A stretch of DNA of 64,000 nt from a virus (Duplodnaviria; Caudoviricetes): positions 1 through 64,000 of the IMG/VR virus record IMGVR_UViG_3300030433_002456. One strand, 5' to 3'. The notes below the pieces were generated by a model, which saw nothing but the letters and a program-made list of their open reading frames with translations, did not search any database and was not told the DNA's origin. The position numbers were made by a program, and so were the translations under genes. Positions 39,796-51,201 of this stretch are shown piece after piece (positions within the stretch are counted from its first letter, which is position 1; the number at the start of each line of letters is the position of its first letter).

Positions 39796-39802
39796 GAGTA
39801 AA

Positions 39803-41728
39803 ATGGCAGACCTATCACCAAACTTAAAAGTATTTTTAGCAAGAGAATTACAGAGACAGTTTTCCTCCCTTGACAATAGCGTGTCTTTGTTTATTGGTGG
39901 CACAGACAGCACTGCTACATCAACTGTGCTTTCACCAAATAACGAGATTAATACTCGACGACAAATACAAACTGCAAAAATACTCACAGACTCTAGGGTC
40001 GCTCTCATGATTCCGAGAGTCAACTGGACGAATAAAACAATATACCAAAATTACTCGCTTGCTCACGACAACTCAACGAGAAATTTTTATGTTTATACAA
40101 CTGATGGGAATGTATATGCCTGTATCTCAAATGGTGGAGGAAGACAATCAATAGAGGAACCGACAGGCACCGGGACTGGATTAATTTATCTTAGCAACGG
40201 GTACGTCTGGAAATTTTTGTATAAAGTTCCAACAGAGTTGATTGATTTTGTGGACAGTGATTATATCCCCGTTCGAGAACTACCCGTTTATGAAGATAAA
40301 CCATTCGCTTACGCGAGTGAGGATAAGCAATTGCAGTATGCAGTTCAGTTTACATCAACTGGCGGAATTATCGATTCCATTAACGTGGTCACGCAGGGGA
40401 GTGAGTATCCAAGAATCATAAAAGCAGCGAGCAATCATAGATTCCGAGAAACAACCACCACTACTCTTAAATTAGATCAACGAGCGAGTTCCACCGATGA
40501 TTTTTATAATGATTATACTATAAGAATTACGTCGGGACAAGCAGCGGGTCAGTTCAGAAAAATAACCGACTACGATGGTTCAACAAAAACTGCAACCGTC
40601 GAGACTGCCTTTGACCCTGCCCCAGATACCTCCAGTATTTACGAAATAATACCATCAATCACTATTAGTGGTGACGGCAGAAACGCGACAGCATACGCTA
40701 AAATTACAGGATACGCCGCAAAAAGCATTCAAAGTGTCGTGGTGGCGAATGCAGGTCAAAATTATACGACTGCAACTGTCACTGTCTCTCCCGCAACGAC
40801 TCCAACTGCCACAGTTCTCTCTGCAAATGTTGATCCGAGAGACGCACTAGGTCGAAGTGCGTTATTTGATCTTTTTGCCACAAGACTATCAATCATTGTA
40901 AAAATTGAGGGGAGAGAGCGACAGAGAGCGGTTTTAGGTAATGACTATAGACAGTACGGTCTTTGGGTCTCCCCAAAAATAGGTGCGGGATATGCTGATG
41001 CGGGAGAGGTCGCTGGAACAAATTCATATATCAGAACAAAAGTTGACTTGGAACCACTTTCCGGTAAAACATTTGACAACAATTGGGCACAAGCGGGCGA
41101 CTACCTTTTCGGAAGCGAATCTTATAATAGCGGTAAAATCGCAGATGTCACTAATGGATTTTCTCGACTGAGTTTGACCAAAGCACAAGTTACCATTGAT
41201 GGATTAGATCGTCCATTTAAAAATGGCGAACAAGTTTATACATTCAAAGATGTTGCTGGTGGTGGATACACGTTTACTAATAACGTTGCTAAAGTGAAAA
41301 ATACTTTGTTTGAGGATTCAACTCGGTCATCTTTCACTGAAACTTATCGATGCTCACATAAAGTAGGCGTGAGTAGAACTGATGGTCTTTCGTTTGATCC
41401 CGGAGTCCCATTCTCAAATATTCCCTTTGATCAGGGAGTGACTGGCGGTAGCGGTTCTGTTGGTTTAGTTTTAGATTTCACGAATATAAAAGGTGGCAGT
41501 GGAGACCTATTTTTAACTAAAGTTATAAGCGGATCGTCGGCAGACACAACGAGCGGATTTATCGCTGGAGAGACATTAGCGGCAGGTAGTCTCGAACTAG
41601 ATATAACCAGCGTTTCTCCACCAGAACTAAATCTTTTTTCTGGTAGAATCTTATACATAAATGATATAGAGCAGGTTACTAGAAACGCAGAGCAATTAGA
41701 TCTGTTCAAGATTAACTTTGACTTTTAA
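39803..41728 (+). CDS. gp8: Baseplate wedge subunit gp8
   Basis: IPRVNW....Y, FYV.T....VY.CISN, EPT, GYVWKFLY, YIPV, NDYRQYG, SGRILYI. Confidence 0.88.
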   Translation: MADLSPNLKVFLARELQRQFSSLDNSVSLFIGGTDSTATSTVLSPNNEINTRRQIQTAKILTDSRVALMIPRVNWTNKTIYQNYSLAHDNSTRNFYVYTTDGNVYACISNGGGRQSIEEPTGTGTGLIYLSNGYVWKFLYKVPTELIDFVDSDYIPVRELPVYEDKPFAYASEDKQLQYAVQFTSTGGIIDSINVVTQGSEYPRIIKAASNHRFRETTTTTLKLDQRASSTDDFYNDYTIRITSGQAAGQFRKITDYDGSTKTATVETAFDPAPDTSSIYEIIPSITISGDGRNATAYAKITGYAAKSIQSVVVANAGQNYTTATVTVSPATTPTATVLSANVDPRDALGRSALFDLFATRLSIIVKIEGRERQRAVLGNDYRQYGLWVSPKIGAGYADAGEVAGTNSYIRTKVDLEPLSGKTFDNNWAQAGDYLFGSESYNSGKIADVTNGFSRLSLTKAQVTIDGLDRPFKNGEQVYTFKDVAGGGYTFTNNVAKVKNTLFEDSTRSSFTETYRCSHKVGVSRTDGLSFDPGVPFSNIPFDQGVTGGSGSVGLVLDFTNIKGGSGDLFLTKVISGSSADTTSGFIAGETLAAGSLELDITSVSPPELNLFSGRILYINDIEQVTRNAEQLDLFKINFDF

Positions 41729-41736
41729 GGAACAAG

Positions 41737-44700
41737 ATGGCGAAATCATATAGAAAAGACATTCACGGAAGTAACCCATACTATGACGATTTTAATCCTG
41801 CAAAGAAATTTGTGAGGGTTATGTCTCGTCCGGGATTCCCTCTACAGGCGAGAGAAATAACACAACTTCAAACCATCCTTCAAAACCAAATTGAGCGGTT
41901 TGGTGATCACTTTTTTGAAGAGGGTGCTTCTGTAAATGGTGGAGAGATTACCGAAACAAATGGTGTTGCTATTCGCCTCAAAGACACCGACTTCACCGAA
42001 GAAGTTTTAAAGTCTTTTCATAACAAAGTCATCACTAATGAAACCAGCGGTGTTCAGGCGAGAATCATAGCACACGCCGATTCAAGTGCGAGTCTTGTGG
42101 ATGACAACTATCAGATTTTATTTGTCACATATATTACATCAGGTCAATTTTCTGCATCAGAAGTCTTGAAAATTCTAGGAACTTTACCAGAGGTTGAAGT
42201 CACTGTAATTGAGAGTGGACTGGCAGCAGATGCTATTAGTAATGTTACTAACATTGTAGGTGTTGCCTCGGGTATCTACTACTCGGATGGTTTCTTTGTG
42301 GAATCTGATTCCGATACGACTGCCGCCTTTGCCTCTGGTTCTGGTGTTAGAAACTTTGAAAATCCATCGTCCTCTATTGGTTTTGATATTAAAAGGGAAC
42401 TAGTCTCGTCAGAGGAGGATGACACTCTTAAAGATCCATCGTTTGGTTTTTATAACTTCAACTCACCCGGTGCTGATCGTTACAAGGTCACTCTTGAACT
42501 AACACAAAAAGAGTTTACTGGTGAGGGGATTACTTTTGAAAGCAGTGACTACTTTGAGGTCATGCGTATTGTCAATGGTCAAACAACAAAGCAAGTTCGT
42601 TACACCGATTACGCTTTATTCGAGGAAACTCTCGCAAGAAGAACTTTTGATGAGTCTGGTAATTATACTGTAAGACCATTTCCGATTACAACTGACACCT
42701 ACTTGACTGCATTTGGAACGAGAAGTTCGGAGCAACATGCAATTAAAATTGATCCCGGTAAAGCATATGTTGGTGGGTATGAGTTTGAAACAACTGCACC
42801 AAAATATATTGCCATCGACAGAGGATTGACCACGAATGTTGTTAATAATGCAATTCTTTCAACCCCACTAGAAAACTATGTTGACATCTTAAAGTCTGAG
42901 TCGTTTGAGTCTCGTTCAAGTGGAGACAACCAACTCCGTGATACCTTCCTAAAAAATAGAAAAGCAACAGTTCAGCACGAAACGTCCGCTGGCATTACCG
43001 CTCTTGGCACATGTAATATTAGAACCATCGAGCAAACCGCCGGTGGTTCAACAAGACTATACCTGTTTAATATTAACATGACCGCGACTGGTGCTGGTAG
43101 TGGGTTTGGGAATGCAACTCACATCGCAGTTGGAGATACCACCGAGGAAGATAACACCAATAGATTTAAACTTGCAACCGCTAATATTGACACTGCACTT
43201 GAAAGCGTCGGACAGTCTAGACAAATTTTTAAAGCACCAGTTGGATCTGGTCTCATCCGTGCTACTAGCAAAGATGGACTAAACTCGTCTTTCCTTGTAA
43301 AGAAAGCATATAATTTTGAAATGTCTGGCGGCAACCCTGCCGTCATCACATCGACAAAACCATTCCTTCAAGGTTCACAGGTATCATACTCAGTTTTCTA
43401 CACCACGAACACTGCCGATGGTTCTGATGGTGCGACCCTAATGAATGTGGGAACCGATATGAAATTATTGGTTGCTAACAACCAGTCAAATCCAACCCTT
43501 ACAATCACTAGAGGGACTGGTATTCCAGATGGTGGTAAAGGAACTATTATCGCATCACAAGAATGGCAATCCGATGCGAGTGGTGTGGATCAAGAAAATA
43601 ATATCAGACAGAAAACTTTAGTTGACGCGACATCCAGTAACATTTCGGGTCCAGTCTCAACTGGAATTATTCCTCTTGATCACTGCGATGTTTTTTCAAT
43701 CACAGAAATCAGTGATGGCACTCGAAGTCTGCTAAACGACTTTGATCTAGACGTAAACTCAGGTGTTGATGCTTACCGTAGGAGTAGACTAATTCTAAAG
43801 GCGGGTGCAACTTGTGCGACCGACCCAAATGATCCAACTAAATTCTTGCTGGATAGTGTTCAATATAAGAGATTTGATCACTCAGGTGAGGGTCCGTTCA
43901 CTGTTGACTCATATCCACTTGAGCAAATTACCTATGACGAAATCCCAACATTTACTGACCCAGAAACCGGAGAGACATATAGTCTCGCCGATGCATACGA
44001 CTTTAGACCTATCGCAATAGACGCTAACGAGACTGGGTTTGATAATGGAAACGGAGAACCACAGGTTGTCGCCTTCCAGAATAACATAATCCTCTCTACT
44101 GTTTCGTATGAACACTATCTTGGTAGAGTTGATAATATTGTTCTTGATAGACAAACCAGAGATTTTAAAATTATCAAAGGTGAACCGGCGATCAATCCAA
44201 AACCACCTGAAATTGATTCACTTGACATGAATCTTGGTGATCTTAGAGTCCCTCCGTATACACCAACCTCGTCTGATATTAAGTATCGTTACATTGATAA
44301 TCAACGAACGACCATGAGGGAAATTAATGAGTTAGAAACCACTACACAATTTGACTCATACTTTACCTTCAAGAGTGACCTAGAGCAACAGGTGCTTAAC
44401 AGGGCGCAAAACTTTAGAGCAAACAAAACTGCTCTTGCAGATGGAATTTTTGTTGATACTTTTATTGGACATAATAACTCCGTCACCGCAAAAAGAGATC
44501 ACAACTGCTCCATTGACCCTGAGTTTGGGGAATTGCGACCAGCATTTGAAACCACCTTTATCCGAATGGGTATCACGGGCGCAAGTTCGGGTTCAAACAT
44601 AACTCGAACAGATGATAATATTTACATCCCTAATTCTGTATCGACAGCATACGCATCAAACCTTCAAGCAAACGACACGATAAGTGCAAACCAATTTTCG

Positions 44701-47505
44701 GTCTCTGATTTTCTTGGCACCGCAACACTAAGTCCCAGTAGCGATCCATTTTTCTCACAGCAAATCAGACCAAAAGTTATTGTAAATACAGTTGGAGAAG
44801 TTGATAACTGGGAAACATCTATCTCTGCCTTCCAGCGTGGTAGAACAAAGGGATTTGGCGCACAGTGGAGAGACTGGGAGTCATTGTGGTTTGGTTCTCG
44901 AAAGAGAAACGATAATGAAATCCCTCATGATTCTGGTGGATCTGAATATACCAACCCTAGAACATCATCTTATGTTTCTCGGATTATCTCTGATAAACTA
45001 ATTAAGAAAATTGGTAACAAGATTGTTGATCTTAGTGTTGTCCCTTACTGCACCTATAGAAATGTCACCGTAACATGCAATAACCTTAAACCAACTCAAC
45101 ACTATGTTTTCTTTGATGGTGTGCAAAAGGGAGGAATGTCTGTAAATAACTCGGGATTTGGACAGATGACATTTAACATTCCCTCAAACACGCACTTAAC
45201 AGGCAAGAAACTAGTTCGAGTCACTGATACACCAGATGGTGATATTGCTACTGCGACATCAAGTGCTGACGCGATTTATTACGCCGAGGGTCTTCTTGAT
45301 ACAAAGGAAGGCGATTCATACTCAGTTCGTCCGGTTATTACGAGAAGAAAAGCAAGTAATGTTGAGGACTCCTCTAGTGACTATTATGAGGCAAACTCAT
45401 CCGGAAACTTGTCTAGATCTTTCAACTCTTTAACCCCATTCGCACAAGAAATCAATGTGGACCCATCCGAGTATCCTAATGGAATCATGCTGAAGGATAT
45501 AGATTTATTCTTCGCAGAGATTCCAACAAATGAAAGAGGTGTTATTGGTCCAGTTAAAGTTCATATTCGACCGATGTTCAATGGTTCACCTCATCCGTTC
45601 AAGGTTTTGCCTTTCTCAGAGGTCACTCGCAGCGATATCACGGCAGGTGACTATGATTCACAAGACGGAGTTAACTTTGAATTTTCAACTCCTGTTTATC
45701 TGAAACCAAATGTAAACTATGCGATTTGTATATCCACAAACAGCGACTATAAACTTTATTACGCGGAAGATCTAAAAAATGTTCTTCAGGGAGCATCAAT
45801 TTCTCCGATTGAGGGTAATATCACTGCGATGAAACCACGACACTTTGAGAGACTTCATTTGCCTCTTAATAACGGAACTATCACCGCATTTGATAATAAG
45901 TTCTTAAAAATGAAAATCAATAGATGTGCGTTTGTTGACTTAAATGCGACTGACAGTTTTGTTCAGTTTAACTCACCATCCCAAATAAGAACCACCCCAC
46001 ACCACGTTTCCTTTGTTCACTCTAATGAGCAGGTAACTGATGCAGTTCGTCCGACATATGAACTAACAACATCTAACTACAACGCGGATGGTAACTCTGT
46101 TCGGACGGTTCAACCCAATACGACAATTGACGATCATGAACAAAAACGAGTTTTATCTGGTCCTAAACCAGTTAAAATCAAGACAGTCTTCGCAACAGAT
46201 GCAGATCAGGCAGTTGCTAGTATGATTGATGGTGACCGTCTCGGTTACGCCGCTATTGAATATATGGCAAACAATGATGACGTTGCCGCGATTAGTGAGG
46301 AACTTGAACCAACATCAAGACTCGCAACAAACCGATCACGATATATTGGGAGAAAAGTTTCTCTATCCGGAGAGGCAGGCGATATCGTGGTGATCGTTGA
46401 TGGTTCTTTTATCGACAACTCTCAGATTAAAGTTTATGTAAAACTACAAGGTCCAGACCAACCAAATGGTAACTTTGATGACAACCCATATGAAGAGTTG
46501 TTCCCAGAGGGACTTGTGGGCGAGGGGTCAAGCACCAGTGAAATTTTCAATGAATTGAAACCAATCGGCGAGGATGGTGGAATTCTAAGATTTACAACTA
46601 ACTCCACCAGTCCGGGAACAAGCACTAAGTTCACTGCTTATCAAATTAAGATTGTTCTCATGGGACAAAATATTGATAATAGCGGAACCGCAAAACAAAT
46701 CCCAGTGATCAGGACAGTTGGTGCTGTTCCACTTAAGAGTGTTTCACAAGATGAAATTAGACGATTCATTCCAGTCGGGACCATTTTCCCGTTCGCCAGA
46801 AATGTACCCCCCGATGGTTATGTGGCGTGCGATGGTAGCAAGTTAAATTATGTTGAAACACCGCAATTCAAACCACTCTTCGATGCGATCGGAACAGCGT
46901 TTAATGACGGGACCGAGGGTGAGAATGAGTTTAGAGTCCCTGACCTCAAGGGTAGAACCATTGTGGGCATAGGTGATTCTGGAACAACCGATTCGGTAGA
47001 CAGAAGTCTCGCTGATAAGTTTGGTCTTGATCAATTTACTCTTACTGAAACACAAGTTCCTCTACCCCTACACTTCCACGGCACTGGTTACATCGATAAA
47101 GATGATGACACCTATTTCCCAATTGCAGGTGAGGAGAACGAGCATGGATTTATGGGACAACCGGGATTTGGTAATCAAAAAGTGGCACTAATTAGTGGTG
47201 ATGGTCCCGATGGTAGTGATCCGACCACCGGTCGCACCATGCGGTCGGTTTCCGCCAATGTGAATGCAAGCACCGAGTATATCAGAGAGGACAGTATAAT
47301 CTACCCTGCACTCACAACATATCAAGTTCGACCCTCCGTCTCATCGGAGACAAATGGTTTCTTGGGTGGGTTCCCACCAAGACCCGGAACGATTACTCCC
47401 GCCGAGTTTACCGGTAACACCCGAGGTTATGATACGGAAGTGTCCCTTGATAAAATTACCAACACACAACCGTCCATCGCGTTGAACTACATAATTAAGT
47501 TCTAA
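41737..47505 (+). CDS. Large virion structural protein (VrlC/DUF4815-like) with a C-terminal phage tail-collar domain
   Basis: PYYDDF...RPGFPLQAREITQLQTILQNQIERFG.HFF.EG, PGADRYK, LARRTFDESGNY; collar motif PVGTIFPF...GY..CDG...LFDAIG...FRVPDLKGR. Confidence 0.85.
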   Translation: MAKSYRKDIHGSNPYYDDFNPAKKFVRVMSRPGFPLQAREITQLQTILQNQIERFGDHFFEEGASVNGGEITETNGVAIRLKDTDFTEEVLKSFHNKVITNETSGVQARIIAHADSSASLVDDNYQILFVTYITSGQFSASEVLKILGTLPEVEVTVIESGLAADAISNVTNIVGVASGIYYSDGFFVESDSDTTAAFASGSGVRNFENPSSSIGFDIKRELVSSEEDDTLKDPSFGFYNFNSPGADRYKVTLELTQKEFTGEGITFESSDYFEVMRIVNGQTTKQVRYTDYALFEETLARRTFDESGNYTVRPFPITTDTYLTAFGTRSSEQHAIKIDPGKAYVGGYEFETTAPKYIAIDRGLTTNVVNNAILSTPLENYVDILKSESFESRSSGDNQLRDTFLKNRKATVQHETSAGITALGTCNIRTIEQTAGGSTRLYLFNINMTATGAGSGFGNATHIAVGDTTEEDNTNRFKLATANIDTALESVGQSRQIFKAPVGSGLIRATSKDGLNSSFLVKKAYNFEMSGGNPAVITSTKPFLQGSQVSYSVFYTTNTADGSDGATLMNVGTDMKLLVANNQSNPTLTITRGTGIPDGGKGTIIASQEWQSDASGVDQENNIRQKTLVDATSSNISGPVSTGIIPLDHCDVFSITEISDGTRSLLNDFDLDVNSGVDAYRRSRLILKAGATCATDPNDPTKFLLDSVQYKRFDHSGEGPFTVDSYPLEQITYDEIPTFTDPETGETYSLADAYDFRPIAIDANETGFDNGNGEPQVVAFQNNIILSTVSYEHYLGRVDNIVLDRQTRDFKIIKGEPAINPKPPEIDSLDMNLGDLRVPPYTPTSSDIKYRYIDNQRTTMREINELETTTQFDSYFTFKSDLEQQVLNRAQNFRANKTALADGIFVDTFIGHNNSVTAKRDHNCSIDPEFGELRPAFETTFIRMGITGASSGSNITRTDDNIYIPNSVSTAYASNLQANDTISANQFSVSDFLGTATLSPSSDPFFSQQIRPKVIVNTVGEVDNWETSISAFQRGRTKGFGAQWRDWESLWFGSRKRNDNEIPHDSGGSEYTNPRTSSYVSRIISDKLIKKIGNKIVDLSVVPYCTYRNVTVTCNNLKPTQHYVFFDGVQKGGMSVNNSGFGQMTFNIPSNTHLTGKKLVRVTDTPDGDIATATSSADAIYYAEGLLDTKEGDSYSVRPVITRRKASNVEDSSSDYYEANSSGNLSRSFNSLTPFAQEINVDPSEYPNGIMLKDIDLFFAEIPTNERGVIGPVKVHIRPMFNGSPHPFKVLPFSEVTRSDITAGDYDSQDGVNFEFSTPVYLKPNVNYAICISTNSDYKLYYAEDLKNVLQGASISPIEGNITAMKPRHFERLHLPLNNGTITAFDNKFLKMKINRCAFVDLNATDSFVQFNSPSQIRTTPHHVSFVHSNEQVTDAVRPTYELTTSNYNADGNSVRTVQPNTTIDDHEQKRVLSGPKPVKIKTVFATDADQAVASMIDGDRLGYAAIEYMANNDDVAAISEELEPTSRLATNRSRYIGRKVSLSGEAGDIVVIVDGSFIDNSQIKVYVKLQGPDQPNGNFDDNPYEELFPEGLVGEGSSTSEIFNELKPIGEDGGILRFTTNSTSPGTSTKFTAYQIKIVLMGQNIDNSGTAKQIPVIRTVGAVPLKSVSQDEIRRFIPVGTIFPFARNVPPDGYVACDGSKLNYVETPQFKPLFDAIGTAFNDGTEGENEFRVPDLKGRTIVGIGDSGTTDSVDRSLADKFGLDQFTLTETQVPLPLHFHGTGYIDKDDDTYFPIAGEENEHGFMGQPGFGNQKVALISGDGPDGSDPTTGRTMRSVSANVNASTEYIREDSIIYPALTTYQVRPSVSSETNGFLGGFPPRPGTITPAEFTGNTRGYDTEVSLDKITNTQPSIALNYIIKF

Positions 47506-47520
47506 TAGAGAAAGAGATCA

Positions 47521-49299
47521 ATGGCAGGAAAAGCATTTACAAATTTAAACAAGATCTTTCTATCGGATACCTTTCGTGCGTGGTTTGATAAAACAAACCA
47601 AATCATAAGCACAATTAACCCGCTCGAAATCTACGGTGTCACCGCTGGTGTCGGCGAAGTCGCTGGCATCACTATGGAATTCAATACTGACGGAACAGTG
47701 ACCATTGGTCTTGACCTACCGGACGCACTTACAGGTGACTTTAGTTTTAATACTGGGGTAACTTTTAATAATTTTATAAGTGTCGCTGGTCTGACTGTAG
47801 ACTTTTCTGCGAACGGAGGACATGGTGCGACTTTAACCGGTCGAGTTGTCCGCACCATCAACGGAGCAACGGGAGATGTCGCTCTGGATTTTGTTGCTAT
47901 CCCCGGAAACTCTGCGGACGGTGATATACTCTACTATGAGAACACAGGGGCGGGGGCAACCTTCCGTTCCTATAACTTGTTCTCAGATGGAACCGCTGAT
48001 AACGGCATGGTTCATGTTGGCGGTAGTGGTGGTGTTTTCTTCGGCATCACCGCAGGCGGTGCCTCTTCGGCAAATGAATTTGTAAAACTAGGGAACATTC
48101 AACTTGTAGGCACAACCGCCTCTGGTATCTACATGGTTGATAACTCACAAACATCCCTAAGCACTGCGAAGATCGCCGGTGCAGACATTCGCTACGGCAC
48201 GGAGGGTAGTTCACAGTTACTCACTATCGGTGGTAGGAATATTAGTGGGACTAAACACTCCACGAACAACCTTATTTTAGATTTTAATAATCAGACCACG
48301 ACGGTTGGTGGTGGAGTGACTGGAAACGGTTCCCTAAACATCGGAGACGCGAGTAACTTCGGAAGACCCATTCTCTATACGGACAACGGTGGGGAAACAT
48401 TTGCTCTTCGATACCTTTTAGTAAACGAAAAGGGCGGTAGGACATCCGGCGGATCTGCTGGTGTCGCTGCCCTCGGAGGAAACCCATCAACCAAGGGACT
48501 TTCGGATGTTGGCAAGCGGATTCGACTGGAGCATGACGCTGCCTCTGTTGAAGTTGAAATTTCTGGTCCGGGCAAAACCTCTGGTTTTGTAGTTTATGGT
48601 CAAGAGGAATCTGGACATGTTTACGGCGACTTGCTTCTTCCAACGCTTGTTGCAAGAAAAGACGGAAACGTTGTAATTGGTGGTATTGCTCCAGATGATG
48701 GTGGTATCACAGGAACAACATTTGGTAGTCTCAACGTTCCTAGTGGTAAATTATATCTTGGAGGAAAGATTGGAGAGTCTGCCACCAAGGGAATGCAAAT
48801 CATCACCAGTAATGGTGTAACCGCTGGATGGACCTCACTATCAAGCACGGCATTTAACTACGTTGGGACAATTTCCTCCTTGAATGATACTACCTCCTCT
48901 CTAGGCGAAAGTCCATCAGTCTCAGAGAATTCAAGCAATACTATTTTGTTCAGGGATGAAAATAGGTTAGAGCAAACTGGTCCCTTTACAATTCAAGTAA
49001 ACTTCCCGTTAGTTAAACTATCAGGAAAACAATCAAGAACTTATGATGCAGTTTTAGGTGTCGCAATAAATATAGATGGCACTCAAAAGTTAATGAGAGA
49101 AACTGTTTTGTGGAAAGATCTCCATGCACATGGGATAGATTCAATTTCTCCGACATTTGTGATGGCAGGTCAAGCGAATAAATTTGTAAGGATAACACCA
49201 TTCGCCACACTTAGACTAACTACTGCGAACGGTGCTGACGAGAGATTTTCATATGTTATTCCCGGAACTTACACGGCAACATTCAATAAGATAGGTTAA
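47521..49299 (+). CDS. Tail fibre/baseplate-associated protein
   Basis: N-terminal SDTFRAWFDKTNQII fibre-attachment motif; Gly/Thr-rich. Confidence 0.65.
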   Translation: MAGKAFTNLNKIFLSDTFRAWFDKTNQIISTINPLEIYGVTAGVGEVAGITMEFNTDGTVTIGLDLPDALTGDFSFNTGVTFNNFISVAGLTVDFSANGGHGATLTGRVVRTINGATGDVALDFVAIPGNSADGDILYYENTGAGATFRSYNLFSDGTADNGMVHVGGSGGVFFGITAGGASSANEFVKLGNIQLVGTTASGIYMVDNSQTSLSTAKIAGADIRYGTEGSSQLLTIGGRNISGTKHSTNNLILDFNNQTTTVGGGVTGNGSLNIGDASNFGRPILYTDNGGETFALRYLLVNEKGGRTSGGSAGVAALGGNPSTKGLSDVGKRIRLEHDAASVEVEISGPGKTSGFVVYGQEESGHVYGDLLLPTLVARKDGNVVIGGIAPDDGGITGTTFGSLNVPSGKLYLGGKIGESATKGMQIITSNGVTAGWTSLSSTAFNYVGTISSLNDTTSSLGESPSVSENSSNTILFRDENRLEQTGPFTIQVNFPLVKLSGKQSRTYDAVLGVAINIDGTQKLMRETVLWKDLHAHGIDSISPTFVMAGQANKFVRITPFATLRLTTANGADERFSYVIPGTYTATFNKIG

Positions 49300-49300
49300 A

Positions 49301-50365
49301 ATGGCACTATACTCAGGAAATGTAAATGGTAATACTCGAACGTTTGTTTTCTCCGCCACAGGCGGAACAAACGCTAATTTCGTAACGACTATTGGTGCTG
49401 GTGCTTCCACCGGTGATTATGTCTCCGCTGGTGGAGACACCTTTGGCACTACAGCGGAGATTAGATCGTTTCGTGGAAACGTGGCATATTTAAACTATAA
49501 AAGAAACACCACCGAGGTTAGAACAGAACTTTTACCAAGTGGTGGTATAACCTTCACAGAGGAAGATGTTATTCCTGATCCAAGAATTGTCGTTGGATTT
49601 TTGGTGGGAGAGGGAATAACTGGTCACCACATGGATGAGATTCACTATCAGAGTGGTGCTGGAAATGTTGAGGCATTTCTTGGTCGATTAACCTACTCTA
49701 GCGGTTCTACTCTAGTCCCTGAAGGTTCAGCACTAATTGAACTTGTTGCCCCCGGTCTTACGGGAGTTACTACCCCAAATAGAGATGACCCGGACCCACT
49801 TAAAGATATTTTTACTGTCGCTGCTGGGAATACCATCGAAAATAAAACAAATGGTATGGTAAGTTCAAATACAACCGGTTCAACTTTTACCAGCACCGCT
49901 ACTTTTGTTCGAGTGCCTGTTCCCACTTATAAAAACGTAATTTTAGGTCAAGTTAGGGGTAGTGTTGAGTCTGCTGGTTTAGACTCTAACGGTCTCACTG
50001 GTATCACCATCGGAGATGCTACTCACCTAAGACACGTTATGGTCGAACTAGGATCTAAAGAATTAAATGAATTTTTAAATAAATCAGCACACGTTAGAAA
50101 TAACAATGCAATAACTGGTGACTCTTCCCGAGTTGGACAAATATTTACGTCTACAGGTATTTCAGGAACCACTATCTCAAACAAGGGGATCCTACTCAAC
50201 GCGGTTACTGGTGGAACGGTGGCGGGAACTAGTGTTTTGCAAGAGTTTGCCGCTAAGGTAGCAAACGCTGAATTTCAATTAGACCTAGATGAGAGGACCA
50301 CTGTAGAGAAAATCTTAAATCAAACCTCTGTTCGTGGAATTGATCAGATCCCATTCACTTCTTGA
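49301..50365 (+). CDS. Putative virion structural protein
   Basis: Gly/Thr-rich 354-aa ORF within the structural operon. Confidence 0.55.
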   Translation: MALYSGNVNGNTRTFVFSATGGTNANFVTTIGAGASTGDYVSAGGDTFGTTAEIRSFRGNVAYLNYKRNTTEVRTELLPSGGITFTEEDVIPDPRIVVGFLVGEGITGHHMDEIHYQSGAGNVEAFLGRLTYSSGSTLVPEGSALIELVAPGLTGVTTPNRDDPDPLKDIFTVAAGNTIENKTNGMVSSNTTGSTFTSTATFVRVPVPTYKNVILGQVRGSVESAGLDSNGLTGITIGDATHLRHVMVELGSKELNEFLNKSAHVRNNNAITGDSSRVGQIFTSTGISGTTISNKGILLNAVTGGTVAGTSVLQEFAAKVANAEFQLDLDERTTVEKILNQTSVRGIDQIPFTS

Positions 50366-50406
50366 CATTCTCGCTCCATACATATATTATGATAAGGAGC
50401 GTATAG

Positions 50407-51198
50407 ATGGCAAAACCCACATCACGACAAGGACTTAAAGACTATGCGTTACGCAGACTAGGTTCGCCTGTAGTAGAGATCAACGTAGATGACTCGCAGG
50501 TAGAAGATCGAGTCGATGACGCTTTACAAATGTTTTCTGAATATCACTTTGATGGTGTGCAGAAGGCGTATTACAAATACCAAGTAACTAGCACGGATAT
50601 CAGTAACGGATTTATTGATACCGACGAGTTGGTAAAAAATGATGGGGCGATTGGTCCTGAACTTGAAGCGGGTAACCAAATCATATCTGTTCTCAGAATT
50701 TTTGAATTTTCTGATTCAGGCACCAGTAATATTTTTAGCGTCCCATATCAATTAGCATTAAATGATGTTTATGGTATTCGTAATCCCGGTTCACTCACCG
50801 ACTATACGATTACACAACAACATATTCAGATGATTCAAGATTATTTGGATCCCGAGAAGATGATTAGGTTTAGTAGGGTGACAAATAGAATTTATATTGA
50901 TAACAATTGGACAGAGGACATCAAGGAAAATACTTTCCTGACAATTGAGTGCTATGTCGCTCTAAATCCGAACACATATCCTGAGATATTTAATGATATT
51001 CTTCTTAAAAGATATGTCACTGCCTCAATTAAACAACAATGGGGGGCAAACCTTTCAAAGTATAATAACGTAACTCTTCCCGGAGGTCTTTCGTATAATG
51101 GTGCTGAAATTTATCAGCAAGCGACAGACGAGATGAATCAAATAGAAGAAACTCTTCAAGACAAGTACGAACTTCCTCCGGACATAATGGTAGGATAA
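50407..51198 (+). CDS. gp13: Neck protein gp13
   Basis: MAKPTSRQ.LKDYALRRLG.PV.EINVDD.Q.EDR.D.ALQ.F.EYHFDG...KQQWG.NL.KY...LPGG. Confidence 0.96.
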   Translation: MAKPTSRQGLKDYALRRLGSPVVEINVDDSQVEDRVDDALQMFSEYHFDGVQKAYYKYQVTSTDISNGFIDTDELVKNDGAIGPELEAGNQIISVLRIFEFSDSGTSNIFSVPYQLALNDVYGIRNPGSLTDYTITQQHIQMIQDYLDPEKMIRFSRVTNRIYIDNNWTEDIKENTFLTIECYVALNPNTYPEIFNDILLKRYVTASIKQQWGANLSKYNNVTLPGGLSYNGAEIYQQATDEMNQIEETLQDKYELPPDIMVG

Positions 51199-51201
51199 TC
51201 A

